Positions 41,229 through 50,734 of a stretch of 64,000 bases of DNA are shown here, one piece after another (the stretch's first letter is position 1; each line of letters opens with the position of its first letter). The position numbers were made by a program, and so were the translations under genes. Below the pieces are notes generated by a model. The model saw nothing but the letters and a program-made list of their open reading frames with translations. It was not told the origin of the DNA and ran no database searches. The DNA comes from a virus (lineage: Duplodnaviria > Caudoviricetes), in the IMG/VR virus record IMGVR_UViG_3300044726_000026, positions 464 to 64,463 of that record; one strand, 5' to 3'.

Positions 41229-42842
41229 ATGGCCGTTGTCCTTCTCTGCCACTGCGACGGCACCAACGGCTCGACCAGCTTCACCGATAGCAGTTCGTAC
41301 AATCACGCCTTGGTGTCGTCGAGCGGTCTGGCTGTCGTAAACACCGCCGCACCGAAATTCAGCACGGGAGCCGCCGACTTCACGGCTGGTGCCGCGGCCA
41401 GCATCAACACGAATAATTCCGTCAATTTTAATCTGGCATCCGGCCCCTTCACCATAGAGGCGTGGGCCTACTTCACGAGTACACCGTCCAGTGTTCATGG
41501 CATCGTCACCAAATTCGGAGGCAACAGCAACCTCGGCTGGTTCTTCGGGATGGTCAACGGTGCATTGAACTTCCATTACAGCACTAACGGATCTGATAAC
41601 AACATCGTCGGAGCGGCACTCACCCCAACGCTCAACACTTGGTATCATCTCGCGGTTGATCGTGACGTGTCGAACGTCATTCGCGTTTATGTCAACGGTG
41701 CGGTACACGCCTCGGGTACCGCGGCGGTTACGCTGTTCGCTTCGACACGAAACTGCATCGTCGGCAACGACGAGAATGGTTCCCGTAATATGCCGGGGCG
41801 GCTCGATGACGTACGGGTCAACGTAGGTGTGGCCTATTACGGCGGCGCGTTCACGCCGCCGACTACTTCGTTGGGAAACTTCACCACTTGGAGCGCGACC
41901 GACAAGACGGCCAACGTCACGATTTCTGGCGCGGCTTTGATCGCGACCGCGACATCCGCCACCGGATGGGTTCGTGGTGTCGATAAACAAATCGCGGGAA
42001 AATTCTATTGGGAAGAGAAGCCCACGGTTTGGGGCAGCGCGAATACCGCCGTTGGTTTTTGCAATTCGAACTCCGTCCCGACCACGAGTGCGGAAGTAAA
42101 CTATTGCGCTGTTTACAAGAGCGGCAACATATGGCTCAACGGTGCCAGCACCGGATCGACCCTCGCCGCACGCGCCGCGAACGATGTCATCGGTATCGCG
42201 ATGGACCTCGACGCACATCTCGTGTGGTTCCGTGTGGCTCCATCGGGAAATTGGAACGGCAACGCCTCGGCAAATCCGGCAACCGGTGTTGGTGGAATTT
42301 CGCTTGCCAGTGCGCCTATGGGTGGTGGGTTTCCGGTTCATCCCGTCGCGATACTCGGTGCCACGGCTGATGCGGTAACGGCTAATTTTGGTGACACCGC
42401 TTTCATCGGTACGTTACCAAGCGGTTTCACCAGCGGTTTTCCGGGGGGACTCGCGATCACCGCCGCCATCGTCACCCAGACATTCGTGGATCATTGGGCG
42501 GTACCCGATCCAGACGTGCAGTTGACCCAGGCTTTCGTGGATCATTGGGCGCTTCCAAATCCACAGATGCAGATCACCCAGATCAGCCTGGAAGAATGGA
42601 CGGTGCCGTCGCCGCCCGCGATGCAACTCACGAACATCGTGGTCGAGCAGTGGGCGCAGGTCAACAGCATCAACACGCAAATGGTGCTGACCTCTGTCGT
42701 CATTGACGAATGGGCTACGGTGGCCGAAGTAAGCACGGCTACACCGGGAACCTTAACGGCGGCGGGCATCGGTGTGTTCAGCGCGGTCGGCGTTGCCGTC
42801 CCCAATTCAGTCGGCGGGCCGATGGTGATCCTAATGATGTAG
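41229..42842 (+). CDS. LamG/concanavalin-like plus SPRY-like tail protein
   Basis: LLCHCDGTNGSTSFTD, FTIEAW, WYHLAV.R, GKFYWE, DVIGIAMDLD. Confidence 0.75.
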   Translation: MAVVLLCHCDGTNGSTSFTDSSSYNHALVSSSGLAVVNTAAPKFSTGAADFTAGAAASINTNNSVNFNLASGPFTIEAWAYFTSTPSSVHGIVTKFGGNSNLGWFFGMVNGALNFHYSTNGSDNNIVGAALTPTLNTWYHLAVDRDVSNVIRVYVNGAVHASGTAAVTLFASTRNCIVGNDENGSRNMPGRLDDVRVNVGVAYYGGAFTPPTTSLGNFTTWSATDKTANVTISGAALIATATSATGWVRGVDKQIAGKFYWEEKPTVWGSANTAVGFCNSNSVPTTSAEVNYCAVYKSGNIWLNGASTGSTLAARAANDVIGIAMDLDAHLVWFRVAPSGNWNGNASANPATGVGGISLASAPMGGGFPVHPVAILGATADAVTANFGDTAFIGTLPSGFTSGFPGGLAITAAIVTQTFVDHWAVPDPDVQLTQAFVDHWALPNPQMQITQISLEEWTVPSPPAMQLTNIVVEQWAQVNSINTQMVLTSVVIDEWATVAEVSTATPGTLTAAGIGVFSAVGVAVPNSVGGPMVILMM

Positions 42843-42889
42843 ACCCTGGAAGTTACTTCCGCTATAATCACCCCAAAGGAATAAACCCC

Positions 42890-43318
42890 ATGTCTATCGG
42901 CGATACTACTGAAACTGCCATCCTCGCGCTGGTCTTCAACGCGACAGCTTGGGCCAACTATGCCGACAACGCGGCAACCTTGCCGCAGACGGTGATCTCC
43001 ATGGCGTTGCATACCGCTGACCCCACGGATACTGGCACTCAGGCCAGTAGCGAAGCGGGGTACACCGGCTATGCTCGCGCCAGCGTACCGCGAAGCACTC
43101 TCGGCTGGACGATCACCGGAGGCAGTTGCTCGCCGGTCGCCAGCATCGACTTCCCGCCTGGTACCGGGGGATCGGGTACCGTCACGTTCGGTTCGGGAGG
43201 TAAGGCTGGCGGTGGTACCACGCCCATCCTCTGGTCCGGTGCGGTTTCACCCAACATCGTCACCGGCTCTGGCGTCACGCCGCGCCTGTCAATCGCCACC
43301 ACGATCACCCTGGACTGA
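42890..43318 (+). CDS. small tail fibre-associated protein
   Basis: AAAGGA RBS; ALHTADP...EAGYTGYAR motif. Confidence 0.7.
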   Translation: MSIGDTTETAILALVFNATAWANYADNAATLPQTVISMALHTADPTDTGTQASSEAGYTGYARASVPRSTLGWTITGGSCSPVASIDFPPGTGGSGTVTFGSGGKAGGGTTPILWSGAVSPNIVTGSGVTPRLSIATTITLD

Positions 43319-43325
43319 CACGACG

Positions 43326-43736
43326 ATGAAACAATCAGCCATGTTCCGACAATGCTTGATCGACCTCGACGTGACGATGATGCGTCAGCTATGGCAGTAC
43401 GTCTCGCCACACTTGCCGCAGCCCAGTACGGACGACGAGTGTCTTGAGACGATGCACATGGCTCGTGTCCAGATGACCACGCTACCGAAGGAGATGCGGG
43501 AGTACTCCGAAGCCTGGATCGCGGAGCGTAAGGTGTCCCGTGATGTGTTCGCTGTCGGGGTCGCTGTCATGTCCACGAACTCGCCCGATCCGCACAAGCG
43601 GCGTCGAGGCATCTACGTGCAGCATGAGATGGTCTATGCCGTGGAGCAATCCGTTGCCTGGGGCATGGACCTGGGAGACACGAAAGACGCGACAGAGGTA
43701 AAGCGACGGATGCTGCTGGCGAGGGAACACGCCTGA
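43326..43736 (+). CDS. hypothetical protein
   Basis: Fills the gap before the endolysin. Confidence 0.6.
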   Translation: MKQSAMFRQCLIDLDVTMMRQLWQYVSPHLPQPSTDDECLETMHMARVQMTTLPKEMREYSEAWIAERKVSRDVFAVGVAVMSTNSPDPHKRRRGIYVQHEMVYAVEQSVAWGMDLGDTKDATEVKRRMLLAREHA

Positions 43737-43762
43737 GAAGTAACTTCCACGGAGGAACCGCG

Positions 43763-44473
43763 ATGGCGTATTCGACGGATCGCAAGGCGTTCTTCGACGC
43801 GGTAAGACGCGATCCGTTTGGCGGATCGCTCACGCAGGGTCAGGTCAACGGCATGAATTTTCTGTTGGACACCTGGGAGAGACACTTCGCCAAACAGAAC
43901 CCCAACGACGGAACCATGTGGCTCTCGTACGCCCTGGCGACGACCTACCATGAGAGCGCCGCCACGATGCGGCCCATCGAGGAATACGGGAAGGGCGCGG
44001 GCCACAGCTACGGAGAGCCGACCGGACCGTACGGACAATGCTACTACGGTCGAGGTCATGTGCAACTCACATGGGAAGAGAACTACATCAAAGGCCAGGA
44101 CCAGTTGAAGCCGTACGGTGTCAACGCGCCGCTGCACCGTGAGCCGGAGTTGATGTTGAACGACGAAACGTCGTCGCTGGTGTTGTACGACGGCATGATC
44201 GACGGCTGGTACACGGGCGTCGGCTTGCCGAAGTTCTTCGATGCCTCGAAGCGGCTTGAAGACCCGGTGAACGCCCGCAAGATCGTCAACGGTCTGGATC
44301 ACGCCGAGGAAATCGCCAGGACGTACTGGTCCTTCAAGACGGCGGTCGAAACCCTGTCCGTGCCGGATGTTGACAAGCCCGATGCCGAGGTCGTGATGGA
44401 GACAACTACCATCACAATCACCGCGCCGGTCGGTAGCAAGATCACGGTGAAGATGCCACCGGGAGTGGGGTGA
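43763..44473 (+). CDS. endolysin, GH19 chitinase/lysozyme-like
   Basis: YALATTYHES, YYGRGHVQLTW..NY, ARKIVNG. Confidence 0.85.
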   Translation: MAYSTDRKAFFDAVRRDPFGGSLTQGQVNGMNFLLDTWERHFAKQNPNDGTMWLSYALATTYHESAATMRPIEEYGKGAGHSYGEPTGPYGQCYYGRGHVQLTWEENYIKGQDQLKPYGVNAPLHREPELMLNDETSSLVLYDGMIDGWYTGVGLPKFFDASKRLEDPVNARKIVNGLDHAEEIARTYWSFKTAVETLSVPDVDKPDAEVVMETTTITITAPVGSKITVKMPPGVG

Positions 44474-44483
44474 AGTAACTTCC

Positions 44484-45080
44484 ATGGTGACGGAGACGAT
44501 CAACCGTGTGCTGGCGTTCATGGACCGACCCTGGAAGGCGGTCGTCATCGTTGTGCTGATCGTCATTGGTGGCGTTGGGTGGGTGCTGTACGACAAGCGT
44601 CAGGAACTTTTCGAGGTCTGGCTAACGCCTGACACCCCGGAACTGAAGACCGCCGACATCCCCGAAGCACTCCTGAAACTGACGACCGAGACAAGCGCCG
44701 ATCTGGTACAGGTCTGGGCGGTCGATCTGCCGACCAACTCACAGTGGTTCCTCGGTGCGCGACGGCACGATGGCGAACGTCCGGTGATCCCGTCGCCGCG
44801 CCGCCTTCCCATCATCGACCATACCTCGGACGTGCGGAAGCTGGTCGATGTACTGGAGGGTCATCCTACCTGCGTTGATCTCTCGACCAACGGCACGCCG
44901 GTCGCGCGTCGCCTCGCGGAGCGCGGCATGGAGCGCGGCTGTGCGGTACCGATCCCACCCAACCCTGAGTCGTTCGTCGGTGTGATCTATCTGGCGTGGG
45001 CAAAGAGGACGGATGTCAGCAACGAGAACGTGGCTGTCGGCGCGGCGCGCGAGATAGCACGTAAGCTGGCTACGCATTGA
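44484..45080 (+). CDS. single-TM membrane protein with GAF-like C-domain, candidate holin
   Basis: One N-terminal hydrophobic helix; CAVPIPP...FVGVIYL; directly after the endolysin. Confidence 0.5.
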   Translation: MVTETINRVLAFMDRPWKAVVIVVLIVIGGVGWVLYDKRQELFEVWLTPDTPELKTADIPEALLKLTTETSADLVQVWAVDLPTNSQWFLGARRHDGERPVIPSPRRLPIIDHTSDVRKLVDVLEGHPTCVDLSTNGTPVARRLAERGMERGCAVPIPPNPESFVGVIYLAWAKRTDVSNENVAVGAAREIARKLATH

Positions 45081-45167
45081 TGCTTGTGGATAACACTTTA
45101 CAGGAAGTTACTTCTCGTGTATTCTACGAAATGTTCGACGCTTGGTTTTTTTGACGCGGATAAACTT

Positions 45168-45208
45168 TTAGCCCCCGGTGCTGGTTGCTCGCACCGGGGG
45201 CTATTTTT
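45168..45208 (+). terminator. rho-independent terminator after lysis genes
   Basis: TAGCCCCCGGTGC-loop-GCACCGGGGGCTA-TTTTT. Confidence 0.75.
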
Positions 45209-45365
45209 ATGGGACGAGTCTCGCCAAATGAGACACACGAATGCCGGGGCCTGGAAGGGTCGCCAGCGGCTCGGAGGGTCTGGCCGCACCAGGGGTAGCG
45301 GGCACCCCTCCAGACGCCGCCCTACCCCCCTAGAATTTGCCGGAACAAGGGGGTTGACAGACGGT

Positions 45366-45394
45366 TTGCCATACGAATGACGCTATGGTAATAT
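45366..45394 (+). promoter_or_regulatory. candidate promoter of the PEP-CTERM pair
   Basis: TTGCCA-N17-TAATAT with a TG extension. Confidence 0.4.
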
Positions 45395-45432
45395 TTCTCT
45401 GCGTCAAAATTGCGACAACCCAGGAGGCTCCA

Positions 45433-46170
45433 GTGAAAAAACTCTACCTCGCCGCCACAGCCCTCGCGGCCATGGCTCTCGCCACACCAGCGTACGCGAC
45501 CCTACAGATCAGCGCGGACATCAACGGCACGATCTTCTCCTGTCAGGATCAGGCCGGGTGTGACACCAACCTCGCGGTCGGCCAGCTTGCCATCGCTAAC
45601 CAGACCATCGCCGGGGTGCAGTTCCTCGGCTCGGCGCAGACCCAGGTGATCGGGCAGACGAACTCGCTCAACACGTCGTCATTCCAGATCATCAATAATA
45701 ACGCCGGTACCGTCGCGCTCCAACTGGCGGTCAGCGGCATCGGTTTCCTGGGTCCGGTCGAGACGTTCTCGGCGTCCTCGTCGGGCACGTTCCAGTCGGC
45801 TATCGGATCGTCAGCGAACTTTACTTATTTCGCTGACACATCGAATACTCAGGGGGCTAATTCCCCGACCGATCTACCGGGGACCAGCCTGGTACCGGGC
45901 GGTGACACCAAACTCGTCACCCTCGCGACAGACGGCTTCGGCTTCAACCATTCCGGCGCGTTCATCGACAACGATCTTTACTCGATGTCCCTCGGCACCA
46001 CGATCAGCCTGATCGCTGGCGGCTCATTGGTGGGACGGTCACAGGCCATCGTGACAGAACAAGTCGCCGTACCGGAACCAGCCTCTCTCGGACTCCTGGG
46101 AGTGGGCTTGGTAGGGCTGGGCATGGTAGCCCGGCGTAAAAAGACTACAAGCGGAGAACAAGCAGCATGA
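45433..46170 (+). CDS. secreted PEP-CTERM sorting-domain protein
   Basis: Signal peptide (V/M)KKLYLAATALAAMALATPAYA; C-terminal VPEPASLGLLGVGLVGLGMVARRKK; CAGGAGG RBS. Confidence 0.9.
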   Translation: MKKLYLAATALAAMALATPAYATLQISADINGTIFSCQDQAGCDTNLAVGQLAIANQTIAGVQFLGSAQTQVIGQTNSLNTSSFQIINNNAGTVALQLAVSGIGFLGPVETFSASSSGTFQSAIGSSANFTYFADTSNTQGANSPTDLPGTSLVPGGDTKLVTLATDGFGFNHSGAFIDNDLYSMSLGTTISLIAGGSLVGRSQAIVTEQVAVPEPASLGLLGVGLVGLGMVARRKKTTSGEQAA

Positions 46171-46946
46171 GGAAGTTACTTCTGAGCACTATTGCCGTTG
46201 TGGCGGGGGCGTGGTTCTTCCCACCCACCGCACAGGCGGCAGTCCAACTGTCGATAGGCGTACTGCCTACGATCCAACAGGTGCCGCAATCGCAGAGCGC
46301 GCCGTGCATAATCTGCGGCACGAACCAAGCCCATAACCCAGCCGGGTTTGGGTTCAACGACTTCACCAGCACCGGCAACCTGTCATCGTTCAACACCTTC
46401 TCGACCAACATCAATCCCGGTGGCGGCGGTCAGGTGGCGGGCGATCTGGAAGCCAACGCGGTCGGCTATAGCGATGGTCTACTGACCAGCTTCCTGAACG
46501 CCAGCGGCACCGATCCTTTGTTTCACTTCGGGATCGTTGTCGATATCAACACCGCGCAGGGTGGCGAAACCCTGACGGCGTTCCAACTGATCGACCTGAA
46601 CAAGCCAGCGGGATCGCGGATCGTCTTCGACCTGTCTCCACTCCTGCCGTTCGCCATGCCCGACACTCAGAACGGTAACGGTAAGGGTGACTACCTGATC
46701 TCGGGCTTCGACCTCTCGTTGGGTTGTCGCAGTTCCGGTCAGTTCGTACTGGCTGATTGCGTGATCCAGCCGGGGGATAACCTGCTCTTCCATGCCGCGT
46801 GGACAGGTGCCAGTGATGGTGCCGAGTCCTTCTACATGGTGGCGGTCCCGACAGCCGTGGTTGACGCACCGGAACCGGCAAGCCTTGCCATGCTCGGCAT
46901 GGGCCTGTTGGGTATGGTCGCGGTTCGTCGCCGTCGCCGTTCCTAA
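46167..46946 (+). CDS. secreted PEP-CTERM sorting-domain protein
   Basis: Signal peptide MRKLLL...TAQA; C-terminal APEPASLAMLGMGLLGMVAVRRRRRS. Confidence 0.9.
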   Translation: MRKLLLSTIAVVAGAWFFPPTAQAAVQLSIGVLPTIQQVPQSQSAPCIICGTNQAHNPAGFGFNDFTSTGNLSSFNTFSTNINPGGGGQVAGDLEANAVGYSDGLLTSFLNASGTDPLFHFGIVVDINTAQGGETLTAFQLIDLNKPAGSRIVFDLSPLLPFAMPDTQNGNGKGDYLISGFDLSLGCRSSGQFVLADCVIQPGDNLLFHAAWTGASDGAESFYMVAVPTAVVDAPEPASLAMLGMGLLGMVAVRRRRRS

Positions 46947-46960
46947 AACTCTGGACAAAA

Positions 46961-46988
46961 AAAAAGCCCCGCGAAAGCGGGGCTTTTT
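46961..46988. terminator. bidirectional rho-independent terminator
   Basis: AAAAAGCCCCGC-GAAA-GCGGGGCTTTTT between convergent genes. Confidence 0.9.
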
Positions 46989-47000
46989 CATGTACGCTCG

Positions 47001-47177
47001 TCAGTTCGGCATCGCCTCGGCCTGTGCGAGTTCCGCAGCGGCCTCGGACTTATCCGCTTCCGTCTTCGCCTTCGCTACGTTCTCCTTGGCCTTGGCGATG
47101 GCTTCCTGTTTCCGCTGTTGGTTCGTTGGCTGATTGGTCGGCTGGTCAGTCGGCTGGTCAGTCGGCTTTTCCGGCAT
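47001..47177 (-). CDS. small hydrophilic protein with PT(D/N)Q repeats
   Basis: Not in the ORF track (58 aa): MPEKPTDQPTDQPTNQPTNQQRKQEAIAKAK...; GGAGGA RBS. Confidence 0.6.
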   Translation of the reverse strand: MPEKPTDQPTDQPTNQPTNQQRKQEAIAKAKENVAKAKTEADKSEAAAELAQAEAMPN

Positions 47178-47259
47178 GGGGATATCCTCCTTCGAAGGTA
47201 CGTCTGGGTATAACGCCCGTATCAGTCGTGGGTTCCACGCTAACGATCTATTGATACCA

Positions 47260-48408
47260 TCAACCGTGCCAGTTTGACCAGTGATCCCCCTTGATAGCGC
47301 CGAGGATCGTGTCGGAAGTAACTTCCGTGTTCAGCACGGCCAGGGTCTTCGGCATCGACGCCAGTTTTTCATGCGTCACAGCCCACGCATCGAAGTCAGC
47401 CTGAACCTGGGCATGGTAGAGGTCAAGGAGTGAAACCTCCGGGGGCGGTGGAGGGGGAGGCGGCGGCGGGGGAGGGGGTGGCGGCTCCGTGGTTCCACCG
47501 ATGAACGCTATGTGCGTGAGGTCGAGGATCGGGTGTACCGCCAGGACGTTTCCGCCGAGAGGGTTGGCCAGATTGAACACGTCGTCGCCAATGAAGTTGG
47601 TCAGCCCGACACCGGTCGGGTTGAGAAGACCGAAGCCGCCGGTATCATCGTTGACGATGGTGTTGCCCGACATATCTACGTTGTTGGTGTGACCGGCTAC
47701 CAGACCTTCCTCGCCGTAGGCGATGATGTTCGGGTTGTCGGTGTTGGGGCTTTGCTGGAACACGTTGCCTTGGATGATGGCGTTCCCGCCGTTGGGTAGG
47801 TCGAGCGTGTACGAGGCGGTCCCCTGGTTGTCGAAGATGCGGTTGTTGGTGATGATGTTGTTCGCGGCACGGCTCTTGACCTCGTGCCCGATGATGGCGT
47901 CGTGAATGTAGCTGTTGGTCAGGGTGAACGTGTTGATCGCGCCGATGTAAATGTCGTGCGTGAAGCCAGAGCCGTCGCCGTTAAAGGCGAACTCTGACCG
48001 GTCAATGGTGATCGTGCCGTTGGGATCAGCGACACCTAGTATGCCTTCCTGATTGTTGTGGAAGTAAACGTTGTTCAGGACGAGGTTGCCGCCCTGGTAG
48101 CGGATGGCCGCGCCGTTCTGATCTGGCACGGTCACGCCGGAGATGTCGAAGCCCGAGATCGTGACGTTGCCTTGCTCGGTGATGTACGCCTTGCCGTCTG
48201 GCGGTTGGGCACCACCGGCAGTGACCAGTTTCACCCAGCCGCCTACGGCGGTGAGCGTCAGGTCGTGGCCGATGAACAGCCAATCGTTCGTGTAGGTGCC
48301 AGCCTGGACATTGATGGTGTCTCCCGCACCGGATGCGTTCACGGCTGCGGCGATGGTCGCGTATTGCTGGCCGGGGCCAACGGTTAACGTGGTCATCTTG
48401 TTCTCCAT
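47260..48408 (-). CDS. right-handed parallel beta-helix (pectin-lyase-fold) protein with polyproline linker
   Basis: TLTVGPGQQYATIAAAV, NGAAIR, GHEVKSRA, Asn-ladder repeats, long poly-Pro run. Confidence 0.8.
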   Translation of the reverse strand: MENKMTTLTVGPGQQYATIAAAVNASGAGDTINVQAGTYTNDWLFIGHDLTLTAVGGWVKLVTAGGAQPPDGKAYITEQGNVTISGFDISGVTVPDQNGAAIRYQGGNLVLNNVYFHNNQEGILGVADPNGTITIDRSEFAFNGDGSGFTHDIYIGAINTFTLTNSYIHDAIIGHEVKSRAANNIITNNRIFDNQGTASYTLDLPNGGNAIIQGNVFQQSPNTDNPNIIAYGEEGLVAGHTNNVDMSGNTIVNDDTGGFGLLNPTGVGLTNFIGDDVFNLANPLGGNVLAVHPILDLTHIAFIGGTTEPPPPPPPPPPPPPPPEVSLLDLYHAQVQADFDAWAVTHEKLASMPKTLAVLNTEVTSDTILGAIKGDHWSNWHG

Positions 48409-48453
48409 TTGCGAGGCGACAGTATAGCACGGCGGGCCGAGGAAGTAACTTCC

Positions 48454-48630
48454 TCAATGCCACTTGCCATCTTTCCTGCGAAAGCCCCAACGCCGCATGG
48501 AAACGGCGTGGGACTTGTCGTCGCATTTACAGGTGCCATCCATCTGGTAGTGTTTAGGCGCTCGTATGTGCAGTGGACATTTCAGTACCCACTCATCGAG
48601 TACGACTACCGGATGTTTGGCTTTGGTCAT
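48454..48630 (-). CDS. small Cys/His protein (paralog of 54158-54358)
   Basis: CPLHIRAPKHYQMDGTCKCDD...MRRWG. Confidence 0.65.
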   Translation of the reverse strand: MTKAKHPVVVLDEWVLKCPLHIRAPKHYQMDGTCKCDDKSHAVSMRRWGFRRKDGKWH

Positions 48631-48631
48631 T

Positions 48632-48997
48632 TCAGATCCCCAGGTCGTGGGCGCGGATGCGAGCACTGAAGCGGTCGTGCCATTTGATTTTGGAAGTAAC
48701 TTCTTTGACCGTCGTCTTCGGCGGTCGGGTCTTGTCGGTGTCTCCGATCTCCGCGCCGACGATCAGCGCGGGACCGGCGAACAGACCTTGACCGCAGCCG
48801 GGTAGTTCGAAGAAGTCTTCGAAGAGGAACAAGCCCTCGTCGTTTACGTAGACGGTATCGCCCTTGTGGTACCCGGCGAGGCAGAAGGTGTCGTGACCGT
48901 CGCTGTCGGAGACAGCCCTGCCGATGGATCGGAAGCCATCGGGGCATTCAACCGCGCTCACGCTACGGTCGATTGGGTTGATGTGGATCGCTTTCAT
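48632..48997 (-). CDS. DUF3846-like hypothetical protein
   Basis: MKAIHINP, VYVNDEGL, FAGPALIVG; start placed downstream of the promoter. Confidence 0.65.
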   Translation of the reverse strand: MKAIHINPIDRSVSAVECPDGFRSIGRAVSDSDGHDTFCLAGYHKGDTVYVNDEGLFLFEDFFELPGCGQGLFAGPALIVGAEIGDTDKTRPPKTTVKEVTSKIKWHDRFSARIRAHDLGI

Positions 48998-49349
48998 GCT
49001 GATGTCCTTTCTGTTTTCCAGCATGTATATTATCCCACAACGCAGCATGTATGTCAAGTTGAAGTGGAAGTGACTTCCGCCGCTTCCCTCTGACGATCTC
49101 GCTGATGCGTCCCTCGCTGTTAAGCCCGTGGGCATGAGCGATCTGGCTCATCGTCATGTGAGGAAAGTTCTCGTACATGTAGATGATGGACTTACGCATC
49201 TGGGGAGATATGCGCCGACTGACCGAGGGCGCACGCTTCAGCGGTGATCGGTTGTGCATCTCTTTACGCAGCACCGTTAGCCTGTCCGCCAACGCGCCGA
49301 CGACCTTAATCATGTCGTCCAGTTCCCGGCGCATATCATCCTTTGTCAT
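48963..49349 (-). CDS. HTH DNA-binding protein
   Basis: MTMSQIAHAHGLNSEGRISEIVRGK; GGAGG RBS. Confidence 0.65.
   Translation of the reverse strand: MTKDDMRRELDDMIKVVGALADRLTVLRKEMHNRSPLKRAPSVSRRISPQMRKSIIYMYENFPHMTMSQIAHAHGLNSEGRISEIVRGKRRKSLPLQLDIHAALWDNIHAGKQKGHQHESDPHQPNRP
49029..49057 (-). promoter_or_regulatory. sigma70-like early promoter
   Basis: TTGACA-N17-GATAAT on the minus strand. Confidence 0.75.
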
Positions 49350-49358
49350 CTGTTCCTC

Positions 49359-49481
49359 CTATGATTTCCAGAAAGACCACCAGAACGCCAGCCCAAGGAT
49401 GCCCCACATGAACAGGCCGACAGTGGTGCCAATGAGCAAGGCTCTGGCCGAGTGCCAATCACGATGGTTCTGGTACCTCAT
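49359..49481 (-). CDS. small membrane protein
   Basis: MRYQNHRDWHSARALLIGTTVGLFMWGILGLAFWWSFWKS; GGAGG RBS. Confidence 0.5.
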   Translation of the reverse strand: MRYQNHRDWHSARALLIGTTVGLFMWGILGLAFWWSFWKS

Positions 49482-49785
49482 GTGGTTTTTCCTCCACGAC
49501 TTCCGGTGGCGGTGGTGCTGGCGGCTGTGCCAACTGATCCGCCGACAGCGGGAAGTTACTTCCAAGCCAGACGTTCCGCAACTTCTCGACGGCGGAACAC
49601 ATGCACCACAGGTCGAGGCCGACTCCCGGCCCGCCGTAGTGTCTGACGGCATCGGCATAGGTGCCGTCCAGCGGCACGGTATCCTTCAGCCAACGACGCT
49701 GACCATTGTCCGCGATCAGAACCTCGTCGATTGCCTTGGACATACGTTGTAGTTGACGCGGTAGGTCTTTTTCGGTAGCCATCAT
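49459..49785 (-). CDS. hypothetical protein
   Basis: AGGAG RBS; tightly packed in the minus-strand operon. Confidence 0.55.
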   Translation of the reverse strand: MMATEKDLPRQLQRMSKAIDEVLIADNGQRRWLKDTVPLDGTYADAVRHYGGPGVGLDLWCMCSAVEKLRNVWLGSNFPLSADQLAQPPAPPPPEVVEEKPHEVPEPS

Positions 49786-49997
49786 TCTTCTCCTTGTTGG
49801 AACAGTTGGTCTATCGCGGCCTTGATCTTGTTCGCCGGGTGTATTCCCCAATGAGTGGGGAGTTCTTTATCTCCCCAATACAGGGCGAACTCCACGTCGG
49901 GAGAGTTTCCTTCCCGACGTATTCGCAAAGTCCAGCGGCTATTCAAGCTATCCAAGCCGTTGGGGAAATCGACCTCGATCTCTCGATACACTTTCAT
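49782..49997 (-). CDS. hypothetical protein
   Basis: ATG immediately after the palindrome at 49998-50010. Confidence 0.55.
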   Translation of the reverse strand: MKVYREIEVDFPNGLDSLNSRWTLRIRREGNSPDVEFALYWGDKELPTHWGIHPANKIKAAIDQLFQQGEE

Positions 49998-50002
49998 GGA
50001 AG

Positions 50003-50734
50003 TCACTTCCTTCTGAAAACATTCATCACGCGGAAACGGTGATTGGTTGACTTGACGATGCCCACCACCCCGATCAGGTCGAAGGTATCCTTGCGCCACA
50101 TGGGCAATACCTGATCGAGCCACACGACATGCGCCCCGGCGGGCAACCGGGCCAGTGCTACCAGCACCTTGTTACGCTTGACCATGGAGGTCTGATAGTG
50201 TTCCGCGTCCTCGACCGAGTACGGCGGGTCAGCCAACACGAGATCGTACCGGTCTAGCGGCACGTCCTCCAGGGTGTGCGCGTCGTCGGCGTAGTGTCTG
50301 GACCCTGACGTGTGGACGGACTCCGCAGCCAAGCTGATGTCCACTGTGTCCCCTGGAAACTTTTCGAGGTCTACGTGACCAGAGAACAGGTGCAGCGTGC
50401 GTTGCTTGTCGCGGAACAGAGCGCGGACACGCTCAAGGTAGGTGGCCGGGTACCCGCCGTAGAACTGGCTCTTGACGCGGTAGTCATTGCCCATGATCCA
50501 CGTCCCGACCAGACGCCCATCGGCTGAGATGAAGATGGCGTCGGGATAGCCGGTTTCGAAGCGGTAGTTCTCGATGCGGTCGGCCCAGCCCCACGGGTCG
50601 AACGGCGGGTCACGATTGACCAGCCGTGCGAGGTCCGCCGAGAGGGCTGTCGCCACGGTACGTGCCGCGCCGCCTGTCACGGGTCCGATCAGCCGTTCTC
50701 TGAGCCACTGGTACGCCTCATGCTGATCCATCAA
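50003..50734 (-). CDS. orphan amino (N6A/N4C) DNA methyltransferase
   Basis: LHLFSG SAM-binding-like motif; LVLADPPY. Confidence 0.75.
   Translation of the reverse strand: MMDQHEAYQWLRERLIGPVTGGAARTVATALSADLARLVNRDPPFDPWGWADRIENYRFETGYPDAIFISADGRLVGTWIMGNDYRVKSQFYGGYPATYLERVRALFRDKQRTLHLFSGHVDLEKFPGDTVDISLAAESVHTSGSRHYADDAHTLEDVPLDRYDLVLADPPYSVEDAEHYQTSMVKRNKVLVALARLPAGAHVVWLDQVLPMWRKDTFDLIGVVGIVKSTNHRFRVMNVFRRK

Noticed and set aside
38211-42842. Diversity-generating retroelement or invertible tail-fibre cassette
   Set aside because: No reverse transcriptase, no adenine-specific TR/VR pair and no invertase seen. The paralogs are simply diverged.
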